NCBI GenBank assembly: GCA_049418765.1
Contig: JBMSJJ010000001.1
Coordinates: 87,529-151,528 of the forward strand
DNA: 64,000 bases
Direction: 5' to 3'
DNA from: Rickettsiales bacterium
GTDB lineage: Bacteria > Pseudomonadota > Alphaproteobacteria > Rickettsiales > UBA1997
Shown: positions 30,192 through 41,222 of the stretch, in pieces
How positions within the stretch are numbered: the stretch's first letter is position 1
How the letters are laid out: each line of letters starts with the position of its first letter
Notes under the pieces: generated by a model
Seen by the model: only the letters and a program-made list of their open reading frames with translations
Told to the model about the DNA's origin: nothing
Databases searched by the model: none
Program-made: the position numbers and the translations under genes

Positions 30192-31841
30192 ATGCCCAAA
30201 AGAACAGATATTAATTCAATTTTGATTATCGGAGCAGGTCCAATTGTTATTGGTCAAGCCTGTGAGTTTGACTATTCTGGAACGCAAGCCTGTAAAGCGC
30301 TCCGTTTGGAGGGGTATCGAGTTATTTTAGTTAATTCTAATCCGGCAACCATCATGACTGACCCTAATGTTGCGGATAGAACTTATATTGAGCCGATAAC
30401 TACCGATGTGGTTGAAGAAATTATTCGCAAAGAAAAGCCTGATGCTATATTGCCAACAGTTGGTGGGCAAACCGCTTTAAATTGTGCTTTAGCTTTAGAA
30501 AAATCGGGTATTTTAAAAAAATACGGGGTGGAGCTAATAGGTGCTTCGGTTGAAGCCATTAAAAAAGCTGAAGATAGAGCGTTATTTCAAAAATCAATGG
30601 AAAAAATTGGTTTAGAAACTCCAAAAAATGCAATTGTACATGATTTAGAAGGTGCCAAAAAAGCCCTTAGCAAAGTTGGCTTGCCTGCAATTATTAGACC
30701 ATCATATACAATGGGCGGAGCTGGTGGGGGCGTTGCTTACACTGAAGATGAGTTTTATAAAATTGTATCCTATGGATTAACAATTTCTCCAACTAATGAG
30801 GTGTTGATTGATGAATCAATTATCGGTTGGAAAGAATATGAAATGGAGGTGGTGCGCGATAAAAATGATAATGCCATAATCATTTGTTCAATTGAAAATA
30901 TCGACCCGATGGGAGTCCATACCGGAGATTCAATCACCGTGGCTCCAGCATTAACATTAACCGACAAAGAATATCAAGAAATGCGTAATGCTTCGATTGC
31001 GGTTTTGCGTGAAATTGGCGTTGAAACTGGTGGGTCAAATGTTCAATTTGCGGTTAATCCAAAAAATGGTAAAATGACCATTATCGAAATGAACCCAAGA
31101 GTTTCGCGTTCCTCGGCTTTGGCATCAAAGGCAACTGGCTTTCCAATTGCTAAGGTGGCTGCCAAATTAGCGGTGGGATTTACTCTTGATGAGATAAAAA
31201 ATGATATTACGGGCGGAGTCACTCCAGCGTCTTTTGAGCCTACAATTGATTACGTCATTACCAAAATTCCAAAATTTACTTTCGAAAAATTTAAGGGAAG
31301 TGATAATATTTTGTCGAGTTCAATGAAATCAGTTGGAGAGGTTATGGGAATTGGACGCTGTTTCTTGGAAAGTTTTCAAAAAGCCCTGCGTTCTTTAGAG
31401 GGTAATTTATCAGGAATTGACGAGGTAATTATTGATGCCGATGAAAAATCAGCTCGCCAAGAAATAATTAAAAAGAAATTAAAAATACCCGCTCCTAATC
31501 GTATTTTACTGATAGCGCAGGCTTTGCGTGATGGAATTTCGCCAATTGAAATTAATGAAATATGTAGTTATGATATGTGGTTTATAGAGCAACTTCAATT
31601 AGCTATAAATCTTGAAGAAAGAATTAAAAAAGAAGGTTTGCCAGATAATTATCAAGATTTTTTATATCTTAAAAAACTCGGATTTTCTGACAAAAGATTG
31701 GCAAAGCTTGTCAATAAAACTGAGCTTGATGTTCGCAAATTAAGACGCCAACTTGGAGTTCATCCTGTTTATAAAAGAGTTGATTCATGTTCTTGCGAAT
31801 TCGATTCTATAACTCCTTACATGTATTCAACTTACGAATAG
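30192..31841 (+). CDS. carB: carbamoyl-phosphate synthase large subunit, N-terminal half only (carboxyphosphate plus oligomerisation domains)
   Basis: [33 protein letters not shown].. through ..[24 protein letters not shown], then TAG. lysA starts 3 nt later. Full-length CarB is about 1070 aa. Confidence 0.9.
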   Translation: MPKRTDINSILIIGAGPIVIGQACEFDYSGTQACKALRLEGYRVILVNSNPATIMTDPNVADRTYIEPITTDVVEEIIRKEKPDAILPTVGGQTALNCALALEKSGILKKYGVELIGASVEAIKKAEDRALFQKSMEKIGLETPKNAIVHDLEGAKKALSKVGLPAIIRPSYTMGGAGGGVAYTEDEFYKIVSYGLTISPTNEVLIDESIIGWKEYEMEVVRDKNDNAIIICSIENIDPMGVHTGDSITVAPALTLTDKEYQEMRNASIAVLREIGVETGGSNVQFAVNPKNGKMTIIEMNPRVSRSSALASKATGFPIAKVAAKLAVGFTLDEIKNDITGGVTPASFEPTIDYVITKIPKFTFEKFKGSDNILSSSMKSVGEVMGIGRCFLESFQKALRSLEGNLSGIDEVIIDADEKSARQEIIKKKLKIPAPNRILLIAQALRDGISPIEINEICSYDMWFIEQLQLAINLEERIKKEGLPDNYQDFLYLKKLGFSDKRLAKLVNKTELDVRKLRRQLGVHPVYKRVDSCSCEFDSITPYMYSTYE

Positions 31842-31844
31842 CTA

Positions 31845-33110
31845 ATGAAAAATTTATCATATAAAAATCACAACAATAAAACCGAATTATTTATTGAAAA
31901 TGTTGCCCTAAGTAAAATAGCCAAATCAGTTGGAACTCCATTTTATGCTTATTCAAGGCTTAGTTTATTTGAAAATTATGAAAATTTTGTTGAAGCTTTT
32001 GAGTTTCATAAAATTTTTAATTACAAAATTTGCTATGCAATAAAAGCTAATTATAATGTGAATTTGGTCAAAATTTTAGCTGGTCTTGGTTCTGGGGTTG
32101 ATGCAGTTTCCGCTGGAGAAATTTATCGTGCAATTGAAGCTGGAATTGATCCAAAAAAAATTGTTTTTGCTGGTGTTGGCAAAACTCGCGAAGATATGAT
32201 TTTTGCTTTTGAAAATGGGGTTGAAGAATTTTCGGTCGAGTCAATTGAAGAGATGTTTTTGTTAAATGAAGTAGCTATTAATCTTGGCAAAATCGCTAAA
32301 TTTTCAGTTCGGGTAAATCCTGATGTTGATGCTAAAACTCATGACAAAATTTCTACGGGAAGAAAGGGTGACAAATTCGGCATAGATTTTGATAATGCTC
32401 TTGAAGTTTATAATATTGCTTCAAAATTATTGGGTCTTGAAATATATGGAATTGCCATGCATATTGGTTCTCAAATTATTGATTTAAATCCTTTTGAAAA
32501 GGCGTTTTATAAATTAAAAAATCTTTATAGCGAACTCACTAAATTAGGATTTAAAATAAAAAATTTAGATTTTGGTGGAGGCATTGGCATTAATTACAAA
32601 AACGAATCTACCATTGATATTAAAGAATATGTTGGTTTGATAAAAAAAATCATTGCTGGCATCGATGTTTCGGTAACTATTGCTCCGGGGCGGGCAATTG
32701 TTGGTAATGCCGGATTGTTAGTGACTAAAACTATTTTTCACAAAGAAACCCCTACTAAAAATTTTGTGATAATTGATGGTGCCATCAATGATTTAATGCG
32801 TCCCGGATTGTATGGGTCATATCATGAAGTAATTCCAGTTGAAAAAAGAATTTGGCATCGTGCCAAGTTTGATTTTGCAGGTCCTGTCTGTGAATCTACC
32901 GATATTTTGGCAAAAAATCGTGAAATTGTAGTTCCAAGAATTGGCGATTTATTTGCATTTTTGAGTGCCGGAGCTTATGGGTCCTCTATGTCTAGCGAGT
33001 ATAATTGTCGACCATTAGTTCCTGAAGTTTTAATTGATGATAATGAATTTAAAATTATTCGTAAAAGACCTACTTTTAAAGAAATGTTAAGACTTGAAGA
33101 AAATTTATGA
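31845..33110 (+). CDS. lysA: diaminopimelate decarboxylase
   Basis: 421 aa with GTPFYAYS, YAIKAN (PLP lysine), HIGSQ, GGGIGI and CESTD motifs. The TGA stop overlaps the rimM ATG (ATGA). Confidence 0.9.
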   Translation: MKNLSYKNHNNKTELFIENVALSKIAKSVGTPFYAYSRLSLFENYENFVEAFEFHKIFNYKICYAIKANYNVNLVKILAGLGSGVDAVSAGEIYRAIEAGIDPKKIVFAGVGKTREDMIFAFENGVEEFSVESIEEMFLLNEVAINLGKIAKFSVRVNPDVDAKTHDKISTGRKGDKFGIDFDNALEVYNIASKLLGLEIYGIAMHIGSQIIDLNPFEKAFYKLKNLYSELTKLGFKIKNLDFGGGIGINYKNESTIDIKEYVGLIKKIIAGIDVSVTIAPGRAIVGNAGLLVTKTIFHKETPTKNFVIIDGAINDLMRPGLYGSYHEVIPVEKRIWHRAKFDFAGPVCESTDILAKNREIVVPRIGDLFAFLSAGAYGSSMSSEYNCRPLVPEVLIDDNEFKIIRKRPTFKEMLRLEENL

Positions 33111-33646
33111 ATAAAAAAATTTTAATTGCTAAAATCCTTTCTCCTCATGGCATCAAGGGTGATGTAAAGGTTATTTATTATGGCGATAATGTCAAAAATT
33201 TGGAAAAATATCCGTTATTTGATATCAATGACAATGAATATTTTTTTAAAATCAAAAATTTTACTAAAACCAGCGAAAAATCCAACAATAATGGCGATAA
33301 ATTTGCCATTGCCTCTATAAAAAATGTTGATGATAGAAATCATGCCGAAAAATTGAAAGGTCTTGAAATTTATAGCTATCGTGAGCATTTTCAAAAAACC
33401 AAGAAAAATGAATTTTATATAATTGATTTAGTGGGTTTAAAAGTTTTGAATATGCAAAATCAAGAAATTGGGACGGTGGTAAATGTTTTAAATAATGCTA
33501 CCACTGCAATTGAAATTGAATTTTTAGATAATTTTATTCCAAATGGCTTTAGCAAAATATCCAATTTTCCATTTAAAAATGATTTGTTTCCAGAGATAGA
33601 TATTGAAAAATCAATTATAAAATTTGACCCGCCTGAATTTGTTTAA
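33107..33646 (+). CDS. rimM: 16S rRNA processing protein RimM
   Basis: 179 aa. ILIAKILSPHGIKGDVKV N-terminus and a PRC-barrel-like C-terminal half (FYIIDLVGLKV). Confidence 0.8.
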   Translation: MNKKILIAKILSPHGIKGDVKVIYYGDNVKNLEKYPLFDINDNEYFFKIKNFTKTSEKSNNNGDKFAIASIKNVDDRNHAEKLKGLEIYSYREHFQKTKKNEFYIIDLVGLKVLNMQNQEIGTVVNVLNNATTAIEIEFLDNFIPNGFSKISNFPFKNDLFPEIDIEKSIIKFDPPEFV

Positions 33647-33650
33647 AAAA

Positions 33651-34982
33651 TTACGAATTCTTGATTAAAGCGATGTCTTTGCGATAAAAACCTTGATCCC
33701 AATCAATATTTTTTAAAAAATCATAGGCGTTTTTTCGAGCTTCCTCAAGGCTTTTTGCCTTGGAAACTATATTTAAAACTCTTCCACCAGTTGCCAAAAT
33801 TTTATTATCCTGAGAAATTGCGGTTCCGGCGTGCAAAATATAAACATCGGAATAAAACTTGCCTGAAATAGCGATTTTGTTGGTTAAGGCATTTTGTAAA
33901 TCTTGCAAATTTTTTATTTCAGTATTTTTTTGATAATTTTCGGGATAGCCTTTTGCGCACATTACCACGCAAACAAACTTATTTTCCTCGTCAAATTTAA
34001 GCTGATATTCGTTCAATCTGCCATCAATGGCATAATCGATTAAATCATAAAAATCCGAAGTAATTCTTGGTAAAATTACTTGAGTTTCTGGGTCACCAAA
34101 GCGTGCATTAAATTCTAGTAATTTTGGTTCATTATTTTTAATCATTAGCCCAGCAAATAAAATTCCAGTAAATGGAGTCTGATTATTGATCATTCCTTTT
34201 ATGGTTGGTTCAATAATTTTTTCAATAATTTTCTTTTCTAAATCGTTATTAATTAAAGGTGAGGGGCTGTAAGTGCCCATTCCGCCTGTGTTTAAACCAG
34301 TTTCGCCTTCACCAACTTTTTTATGATCATGAGCAAAACCAAGAGGTAAATAATTTTTTCCATCACAAATTACAAAATAACTTGCCTCAAAGCCCTGTAA
34401 AAATTCTTCAATGATAATTTTTTTTCCAGCTTCGCCAAATTTACCTGCAAAAATTTCTGCAATATTTTTTTTCGCCTCTAAAAAATTATCAACAATAATT
34501 ACTCCCTTACCTGAAGCTAAGCCATCAGCTTTAATAACACAAGGAAAGCCAATTTTTTCAACAAAATCAAGGGCAGGGTCAATATCGTAAAAAGTTTGAT
34601 ATTGGGCGGTTGGAACATTATTTTTAGTGGCAATTTCTTTCATAAAAATTTTTGACGCTTCAATTTGTGAAGCTTTTTTAGATGGACCAAAGCAACGAAT
34701 ATTTTGCGAACGAAGATAATCGCTAAAGCCATCAACTAAAGGCTGTTCTGGACCAATAAAAACCATATCAATTTGTTGATTTTTACAAAAATTAGCAATT
34801 TCTAAATGTTGATTTGGCTTGATGTTGGAAATAATTTCGGCATCATCTTGAATTCCGGCATTGCCATTTAATGCAAAAATTTGTGTTGAATATTTGGAAT
34901 TTTTAAAAGCTTTGCAAATGGCATGTTCTCTACCACCAGAGCCTATTAATAAAATTTTCTTAAGATTTTTTGAACTTGTCAT
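33651..34982 (-). CDS. purD: phosphoribosylamine-glycine ligase
   Basis: 443 aa with ILLIGSGGREHA, VFIGPEQPL, IKADGLASGKGV, FNARFGDPE and TGGRVL. Confidence 0.95.
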   Translation of the reverse strand: MTSSKNLKKILLIGSGGREHAICKAFKNSKYSTQIFALNGNAGIQDDAEIISNIKPNQHLEIANFCKNQQIDMVFIGPEQPLVDGFSDYLRSQNIRCFGPSKKASQIEASKIFMKEIATKNNVPTAQYQTFYDIDPALDFVEKIGFPCVIKADGLASGKGVIIVDNFLEAKKNIAEIFAGKFGEAGKKIIIEEFLQGFEASYFVICDGKNYLPLGFAHDHKKVGEGETGLNTGGMGTYSPSPLINNDLEKKIIEKIIEPTIKGMINNQTPFTGILFAGLMIKNNEPKLLEFNARFGDPETQVILPRITSDFYDLIDYAIDGRLNEYQLKFDEENKFVCVVMCAKGYPENYQKNTEIKNLQDLQNALTNKIAISGKFYSDVYILHAGTAISQDNKILATGGRVLNIVSKAKSLEEARKNAYDFLKNIDWDQGFYRKDIALIKNS

Positions 34983-35070
34983 TTTAAAAATAAATATATT
35001 TTTTGATTTTGAAATTTTAATTTGGTAAAATAAATCTTAATTAATTTTTTTTTAAATAAAATTCTTTTTT

Positions 35071-35730
35071 ATGGACTTAAAAGAACACACCGTCAAATCA
35101 TATGACAAAGATTTACAATCTATTGTTGGAACCCTTGAAACCATGGTAGAAATGGTCAATGAATCAATCGATATGGTCGCACAAATGATTCAAACCCGTG
35201 ATAATTCCTTAATTGAAAAAATCACCGCCCATGATTACAAAATTAATTCTTTAGATCACTTAATTGAAAAAAAGGTAACGGCAATTTTGGCATTGCGTCA
35301 ACCGATGGCAGTTGATTTGCGTTTTACGATTTCTTCTTTAAAAGTTTCTTCAAATCTTGAAAGGTCGGGCGATCAATCAAAAAGCATTATTAAAAAAATT
35401 GCTAGAATAGGCATTGAATCTCTTGACCCAATGGTTGAAAAAGCTTTGCTTGATATGATAAATCTTACAAAAATTATGGTAAAAGAAGCGATTACTGCCT
35501 TTAATAATCATGATTTGGAGCTTGCCAATATTGTTTTGGCGCAAGATGATGAGATTGACGCTATTTACAGTAATTTATTTACTATCATCGACCAAGATAC
35601 CTTCAGTAAAGAAGAGGTTCAGCGCATTACCAATATTTTATTTATTGCCAAGAGTTTTGAAAGATTGGCCGATCATTCGACTAATATTGCCGAAATTGCA
35701 GGCTTTGTGGTAACTGGAGAAATTAAATAA
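35071..35730 (+). CDS. phoU: phosphate signalling complex protein PhoU
   Basis: 219 aa with two PhoU repeats: ..[19 protein letters not shown].. and ..[24 protein letters not shown]. Confidence 0.85.
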   Translation: MDLKEHTVKSYDKDLQSIVGTLETMVEMVNESIDMVAQMIQTRDNSLIEKITAHDYKINSLDHLIEKKVTAILALRQPMAVDLRFTISSLKVSSNLERSGDQSKSIIKKIARIGIESLDPMVEKALLDMINLTKIMVKEAITAFNNHDLELANIVLAQDDEIDAIYSNLFTIIDQDTFSKEEVQRITNILFIAKSFERLADHSTNIAEIAGFVVTGEIK

Positions 35731-35731
35731 T

Positions 35732-36715
35732 ATGCTTACTCGCGAAGAAAAAAAGGAAAGCGGACAAATTGCTAAAAAAGACAATAAAGACTTACTCAAT
35801 TTTGCTGAAAATTTTCCAAAAGAAAAGATGGAGAGAAAGCCTGATTGGATTAGGGTTAAAGCCCCAACTTCCAAGGGCTATAAGGAAACCAAAGCTTTGC
35901 TAAATGAAAAAAAACTGCATACAGTTTGTGAAGAGGCTGCATGTCCAAATATCGGCGAATGCTGGGAGCAAAAGCATGCCACTGTGATGATTTTAGGTTC
36001 GGTTTGCACCAGAGCTTGCTCATTTTGTAATATTGAAACTGGAAAGCCTGACGCAGTGAACGACCATGAACCAGATAATGTTGGCGATGTAGCCAAATTT
36101 TCCAACTTAAAACATATTGTTATTACTTCGGTTGACCGTGATGATTTGGCTGATGGCGGTGCCTTGCAATTTGTAAAATGCATCGAAAATGTTCGAAAAA
36201 AATCACCGCAAACCACTATTGAAATTCTAACTCCAGATTTTCTTCGTAAAAATGGAGCACTTGAAATCGTGGTCAAAGCAAAGCCAGATGTATTTAATCA
36301 CAATATCGAAACCGTGCCGAGTTTATATACTTCAATTCGCCCTGGAGCTAGGTATTTTCATTCGCTGTGGCTTTTAAAAAGAGTAAAAGAATTGGATCCT
36401 ACGATTTTCACTAAATCTGGTTTGATGGTTGGTCTTGGCGAAACCAAGGAGCAGGTGCTTCAGGTTATGGATGATATGCGTTGTGCTGATATAGATTTTT
36501 TAACAATTGGACAATATCTTCGACCAACTATTCGCCACGCTCCAGTTGATAGATATGTTCATCCTGATGAGTTTGATTTTTATCAAAAAATGGCATATAA
36601 TAAGGGTTTTTTGATGGTTTCAGCTAGTCCATTGACTAGATCATCATACCATGCTGGCGAAGATTTTGAAAAAATGCGCAATGAAAGGATAAAAAAACTA
36701 CAAAATCAAATTTAA
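35732..36715 (+). CDS. lipA: lipoyl synthase
   Basis: [22 protein letters not shown] and [10 protein letters not shown] (both Fe-S cluster motifs), with SVDRDDL. Confidence 0.95.
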   Translation: MLTREEKKESGQIAKKDNKDLLNFAENFPKEKMERKPDWIRVKAPTSKGYKETKALLNEKKLHTVCEEAACPNIGECWEQKHATVMILGSVCTRACSFCNIETGKPDAVNDHEPDNVGDVAKFSNLKHIVITSVDRDDLADGGALQFVKCIENVRKKSPQTTIEILTPDFLRKNGALEIVVKAKPDVFNHNIETVPSLYTSIRPGARYFHSLWLLKRVKELDPTIFTKSGLMVGLGETKEQVLQVMDDMRCADIDFLTIGQYLRPTIRHAPVDRYVHPDEFDFYQKMAYNKGFLMVSASPLTRSSYHAGEDFEKMRNERIKKLQNQI

Positions 36716-36730
36716 AAATAATTTGCCATT

Positions 36731-36764
36731 ATTTTAAATTTAAAACTATTTTAAATTTAAAACT
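36731..36764. repeat. perfect 17-bp tandem duplication spanning the degP stop codon
   Basis: attttaaatttaaaact occurs at 36731-36747 and again at 36748-36764. Each unit contains the 14-bp palindrome ttttaaatttaaaa. The second copy encodes the last degP codons, and the first lies in the 30-nt lipA/degP convergent spacer. Confidence 0.7.
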
Positions 36765-38176
36765 ACGGCAAAATTATTTTCATTTCTTTTAACAAATAAA
36801 AATGCTTTTTTGTTTTTTTGCGAAGCATCACGAATAATTTCTTTAAAACCCTCGATAGAATTTACAGGAATTTGATTGACTGATAAAATTATATCACCCG
36901 TAATTAAACCCTTATCAAAGGCTTCGGATTTTGGGGTTATATCATTAATAACTAAACCCTCAACATTATTGCCACGATATTCATTTAAAGTTAGACCTAA
37001 AAATTGTGGATTAACTACCGGCTTTCTGTCGATATTACGATTTTCAGGTCTTTTGATTTCAACTCTTTCATCGTCTTTTGCTTTTTCAATCAATAAATTT
37101 AGGACCTTAATTTTTCCTTGTCTCCAAATATGCGCTTTAACATATTTGCCAATTGGAGTTTTAACAACAATTTTTGGCAAGGAACGCATATCTTCAACAT
37201 CTTGCTCGTCAAATTTAAGGATAATATCGGTTGGAATAATTCCAGCTTTATCAGATGGTCCACCGCTGGCAACGTCGCTAACAAAAGCCCCGCGAACTCT
37301 GTCTAAGCGAAGCGAATCAGCTAAATCTTCGGTGACATCTTGAACTGAAATTCCAATCCAGCCACGAGAAACTTCGCCAATATCTCGAAGTTGACGAATA
37401 ATTTGAATGGCATTTGATGAAGGGGTAGCAAATCCAATTCCAACGCTTCCACCAGAAGGTGAATAAATTGAAGAGCTAATACCAATTACCTCTCCTTTGG
37501 TGTTGAAAAGCGGTCCACCAGAATTGCCTTTATTAATTGAAGCATCGGTTTGAATATAATCATCGAGCTGACCGTTATTTATGTCGCGACCACGGGCTGA
37601 AATAATTCCAGCAGAAACTGATCCGCCAAGACCATAAGGATTGCCAATTACGATGGTCCAATCACCAATTCTTGCTTTATTTGAGTCGCCAAAGCGGGCA
37701 TATCTAAGTTCTTTGTTGGTAGAGATTTTTAATAAGGCTAAATCAGTTTTTTTATCGATACCAATAATTTTTGCTTTATATTTAGAACCATCAAATAAAT
37801 TGATATTAATATCGTTTGAATCTTCAATTACATGACCATTGGTAACAATATAACCATCGCTTGATATTAAAAATCCTGAGCCAATTGAAGAGATTTTATT
37901 TCTGCTATCAATATCTTTTTTATCTAATGATCTAGAAGAGTTAATGCCATATTCTTCTTCGACAATAGATTTGTAGCTAGATTCTTGTGATGATGAAATA
38001 TTTACAACGGTTGGTAATAACTCTTCGACAATATCGGCGAAGCCATCAACTCCAATATTTTTTTGACCAGATAGTTGGTAATTTCTGGCAATTTTGTTGT
38101 TTTGAGCAAAACCATTTACTGAGATAAATGATAAGGCAATAATTAAATAAAATTTAAATGAAAATAGAGTTTTCAT
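36746..38176 (-). CDS. htrA: periplasmic serine endoprotease DegP/HtrA (two PDZ domains)
   Basis: 476 aa with a signal peptide. Catalytic triad context TNGHVI.., D(L)ALLK and GNSGGPLF, plus two PDZ-like regions. Confidence 0.9.
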   Translation of the reverse strand: MKTLFSFKFYLIIALSFISVNGFAQNNKIARNYQLSGQKNIGVDGFADIVEELLPTVVNISSSQESSYKSIVEEEYGINSSRSLDKKDIDSRNKISSIGSGFLISSDGYIVTNGHVIEDSNDININLFDGSKYKAKIIGIDKKTDLALLKISTNKELRYARFGDSNKARIGDWTIVIGNPYGLGGSVSAGIISARGRDINNGQLDDYIQTDASINKGNSGGPLFNTKGEVIGISSSIYSPSGGSVGIGFATPSSNAIQIIRQLRDIGEVSRGWIGISVQDVTEDLADSLRLDRVRGAFVSDVASGGPSDKAGIIPTDIILKFDEQDVEDMRSLPKIVVKTPIGKYVKAHIWRQGKIKVLNLLIEKAKDDERVEIKRPENRNIDRKPVVNPQFLGLTLNEYRGNNVEGLVINDITPKSEAFDKGLITGDIILSVNQIPVNSIEGFKEIIRDASQKNKKAFLFVKRNENNFAVVLNLK

Positions 38177-38180
38177 GAAT

Positions 38181-39044
38181 TTAGTTTTTAGAGTTATTAA
38201 AATATTTAAAAAAGTTGTTATCTTGAGAAATAATCATTTTGGTGTTATTGTTGCCAAGTGCTACCTTGTATGCACTCATGGAGCGATAAAAATCGGCAAA
38301 TTCAGGGTCTTTACCAAGAGAGCTGGCATATATTTTATTAGCCTGACTTTCGCCATTACCACGCACAATATCGGCATTTTTTTTGGCTTCGGCGATAATA
38401 ATGGTTCGCTGTTTATTGGCTTCGGCGCGGATTTTATCTGCTTCTTCCGCTCCTTTAGCACGAATTTCTCTAGCTTCTTTTTCACGCTCGGTTTGCATTC
38501 TGGCATAAATTGCATCAGAGTTTTCTTTTGGCAAATCTGCTCGCATAATTCTTACATCAATAATATTAATGCCAAAAATTTTTGATGAATTACCAACAGC
38601 TTCTTTAATTTTTTTCATAATATCCCCACGATTTTCAGTGAGAAGTTCGTTGAGATTGACTTCACCGATAACTTGTCTAAGGCTAGAATCAAGGATGCCT
38701 GATAATTTGTTTGATAATCCAAAAGAACTACCAACGGTTGTATAAAATTTTAAAGGGTCGGTTATTTGGAATTTAGTATAGGCATTGATGATTAATCTTT
38801 TTTGATCTGATGCAATTACTTCTTGCTCGGGAAGCGATAAATCTATGATTCTTTTTTCAAAGAAAATATTATTTTGAATAAAAGGAAGTTTAAATTTGAT
38901 GCCAGGAGTGTTTATCACTCGAATTGGTTCGCCAAATTGAAGGATTAAAACTTGTTGCCTTTGGTCGACGGTGAATAAAGAGCCCTGCAAGATTATCGCC
39001 AAAACTGTAAGGATTATTAAATATCTTTTGATGTTTTTGCTCAT
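38181..39044 (-). CDS. hflC: protease modulator HflC (SPFH domain)
   Basis: 287 aa with an N-terminal anchor and an SPFH core. C-terminal ERE..EA..IRA.GEEEA-type helix. hflK-hflC-htrA order. Confidence 0.9.
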   Translation of the reverse strand: MSKNIKRYLIILTVLAIILQGSLFTVDQRQQVLILQFGEPIRVINTPGIKFKLPFIQNNIFFEKRIIDLSLPEQEVIASDQKRLIINAYTKFQITDPLKFYTTVGSSFGLSNKLSGILDSSLRQVIGEVNLNELLTENRGDIMKKIKEAVGNSSKIFGINIIDVRIMRADLPKENSDAIYARMQTEREKEAREIRAKGAEEADKIRAEANKQRTIIIAEAKKNADIVRGNGESQANKIYASSLGKDPEFADFYRSMSAYKVALGNNNTKMIISQDNNFFKYFNNSKN

Positions 39045-39046
39045 AA

Positions 39047-40267
39047 TTATTTACTGGTTTGATTATTTTTTTTGCTTATTTCATTAAGTGGAAAATATGG
39101 CATTACTCCACCTGATTGCGAATTTTTATCTATATAAATTTTGTCGGCATCGCCGTAAATTTTTTCCATAGTTTCTAGGTAAATTCTGCGTTTAGTAACT
39201 TGCTTTGCTTTGCTATATTCATTATAAACCGCTAAAAATCTTGAGGCCTCACCTTGGGCATTTGCCACGACTTGCTTGGCATAAGCTTCGGCCTCTTCTT
39301 TCATTTGCGAAGCGGTTCCTCGAGCACGAGGAATGATGTCATTGGCGAAAGCTTGAGCTTCGTTAATTTCTTTTTCTTTGTCGGCTTTGGCGGTTTGAAC
39401 ATCGCGGAAGGCATCAATAACTTGTTCAGGAGGGTCAACTCGACGCAATTGAACTAAAACAACACGAACTCCGGCCTGATAAGAATCTAAAATTTCTTGA
39501 AGTAAATTTTTGGCATCTTGTTCAATTTGCATTTTGCCATCTGATAAGGCTTGAGCAATAGGAGTTCTGGCGATAATTTCACGCATGGCACTTTCGGCGG
39601 ATTTACGAATTGATTGATTTGGTTCGGCAATGTTGAAGACAAAATCTTTTATGTCGGCAATTTGCCATTGAATTTGAAATTGAATATCGACGATATTTTC
39701 ATCGCCCGTTAACATTAGGCTTTCAGCATTGAAATTGCGACCATATTTGTCGGAATTTTTTTTATTTGAAGAAAAACCGAATTCTTCGGTGTTAACATTG
39801 GTTACGCTTTTTTTGATCACTTGACCAAATGGAAAAGGAACATGATAATTTAGACCTGGGTCAGTGATTTTGTAAAATTTGCCAAAATATAAGGTTACAG
39901 CATTTTCATCGGGGTCAACCTTATAGAATCCAAAACTTAAATAAACTAATAAAATAATTAGTGCTATAAGACCAATTCCAGATTTAGGTGTTGCGGACTG
40001 ATTGTTATTGTCGAATAATTTTTTAAAAAAATTAGAAATTTTTTCAAAAATTTTATCTAGAAAATCTTTGCCATCATTGTTTTTATTGGGCTTGTTTTTA
40101 TTTTTGTTGTCATTATTTTTTTTGCTTGAAGAATTATTTTCTTCGTTTTTTGGTTGTGAACCCCACGGTCCGTTGCCCCAAGGACCTTTATCTCCATTTG
40201 ATAAATTGGAAATATTTAGCAATATATTATTTAGAAAATTTGGTTTTGGTATGTTTTTATGCATCAA
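39047..40267 (-). CDS. hflK: protease modulator HflK (SPFH domain) with a low-complexity N-terminus
   Basis: 406 aa with GPWGNGPWG.. and an N/K-rich tract, one TM segment, then an SPFH domain (VDPDENAV..) and a coiled C-terminal region. Confidence 0.9.
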   Translation of the reverse strand: MMHKNIPKPNFLNNILLNISNLSNGDKGPWGNGPWGSQPKNEENNSSSKKNNDNKNKNKPNKNNDGKDFLDKIFEKISNFFKKLFDNNNQSATPKSGIGLIALIILLVYLSFGFYKVDPDENAVTLYFGKFYKITDPGLNYHVPFPFGQVIKKSVTNVNTEEFGFSSNKKNSDKYGRNFNAESLMLTGDENIVDIQFQIQWQIADIKDFVFNIAEPNQSIRKSAESAMREIIARTPIAQALSDGKMQIEQDAKNLLQEILDSYQAGVRVVLVQLRRVDPPEQVIDAFRDVQTAKADKEKEINEAQAFANDIIPRARGTASQMKEEAEAYAKQVVANAQGEASRFLAVYNEYSKAKQVTKRRIYLETMEKIYGDADKIYIDKNSQSGGVMPYFPLNEISKKNNQTSK

Positions 40268-40333
40268 AAAATTAATTGAGTTTAATGGTAAAAATATTTT
40301 AATATTTATAAAAACAAATTCAATTAAAATTTT

Positions 40334-41137
40334 ATGAAATTTAATGACAACAAGAACTTAAATGATTTTATCTCACCAAAGAACCATATTAAAGGGGTAA
40401 AAAAAATTTTTTTAATCGCTTCGGCTAAAGGAGGCGTTGGAAAATCAACTATTGCCAGTAATTTAGCTCAATATTTGGCAAATAAAAAATTAAAAATTGC
40501 TTTAGTAGATGCTGATATTTATGGCCCATCTATTGTAAATTTTTTTGATATAAAGCAAAAGCCCAAACTTGAAAATAATCTTTTTTTACCAATCGTAAAA
40601 AATCAGGTAAAAATTATGTCGATAGCCAGCATTATCGAAGAAAATCAAGCAGGAGTTTGGCGTGGACCGATGGTTACTAAAATTTTGCATCAATTAATAA
40701 ATTTGGTGAATTGGAGTTTTGATGGAGATGAAATTGATGTTATGATTGTCGATATGCCACCAGGAACTGGAGATGTGTATTTAACTATGGCGGAAAGATA
40801 TTTTATTGATGGAGTATTTTTGGTTTCTAGCCCGCAAAATATTGCAGTTATTGACTTGGTAAAATCAATTGATTGTTTTCGAAAATTAAATATTCCAATT
40901 TCTGGATTGATACAAAATTTGGCATTTTATGAAATAGATGGTCAAAAAAAATATTTATTTGGTAAGGATGGCGCCAAGGATTTGGCTCGTAAACATCAAA
41001 TTGATTTTCTTGGAGACATTGCTATTGACGAAAATATTTCTAAATTTTGTGAAGAAAAAAAATTATTTGTTAATGAATATTTAAATGAAGAAATTAATAG
41101 AGTCTTTGAGAATATTTTACATAAAATAAATGCTTAA
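40334..41137 (+). CDS. mrp: Mrp/ApbC/NBP35 family Fe-S cluster carrier ATPase
   Basis: 267 aa with IASAKGGVGKST (deviant Walker A), DADIYGPS and VDMPPGTGD. Confidence 0.9.
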   Translation: MKFNDNKNLNDFISPKNHIKGVKKIFLIASAKGGVGKSTIASNLAQYLANKKLKIALVDADIYGPSIVNFFDIKQKPKLENNLFLPIVKNQVKIMSIASIIEENQAGVWRGPMVTKILHQLINLVNWSFDGDEIDVMIVDMPPGTGDVYLTMAERYFIDGVFLVSSPQNIAVIDLVKSIDCFRKLNIPISGLIQNLAFYEIDGQKKYLFGKDGAKDLARKHQIDFLGDIAIDENISKFCEEKKLFVNEYLNEEINRVFENILHKINA

Positions 41138-41222
41138 CCAAGAATCTGATTTTTTAGAACCCGATAATTTTTCTTAATTATTAAAAAAAATTAAGGATGA
41201 TGGAAAAATCGAACTCTTTTAT

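Noticed and set aside
35878-38585. Long antisense ORFs opposite lipA (35878-36276), degP (36876-37343) and hflC (38175-38585, 38276-38515).
   Set aside because: Each lies fully within a strongly supported housekeeping CDS on the other strand or frame. Their composition is odd (S/F/L/C-rich) and no motifs are present. They are typical shadow ORFs.
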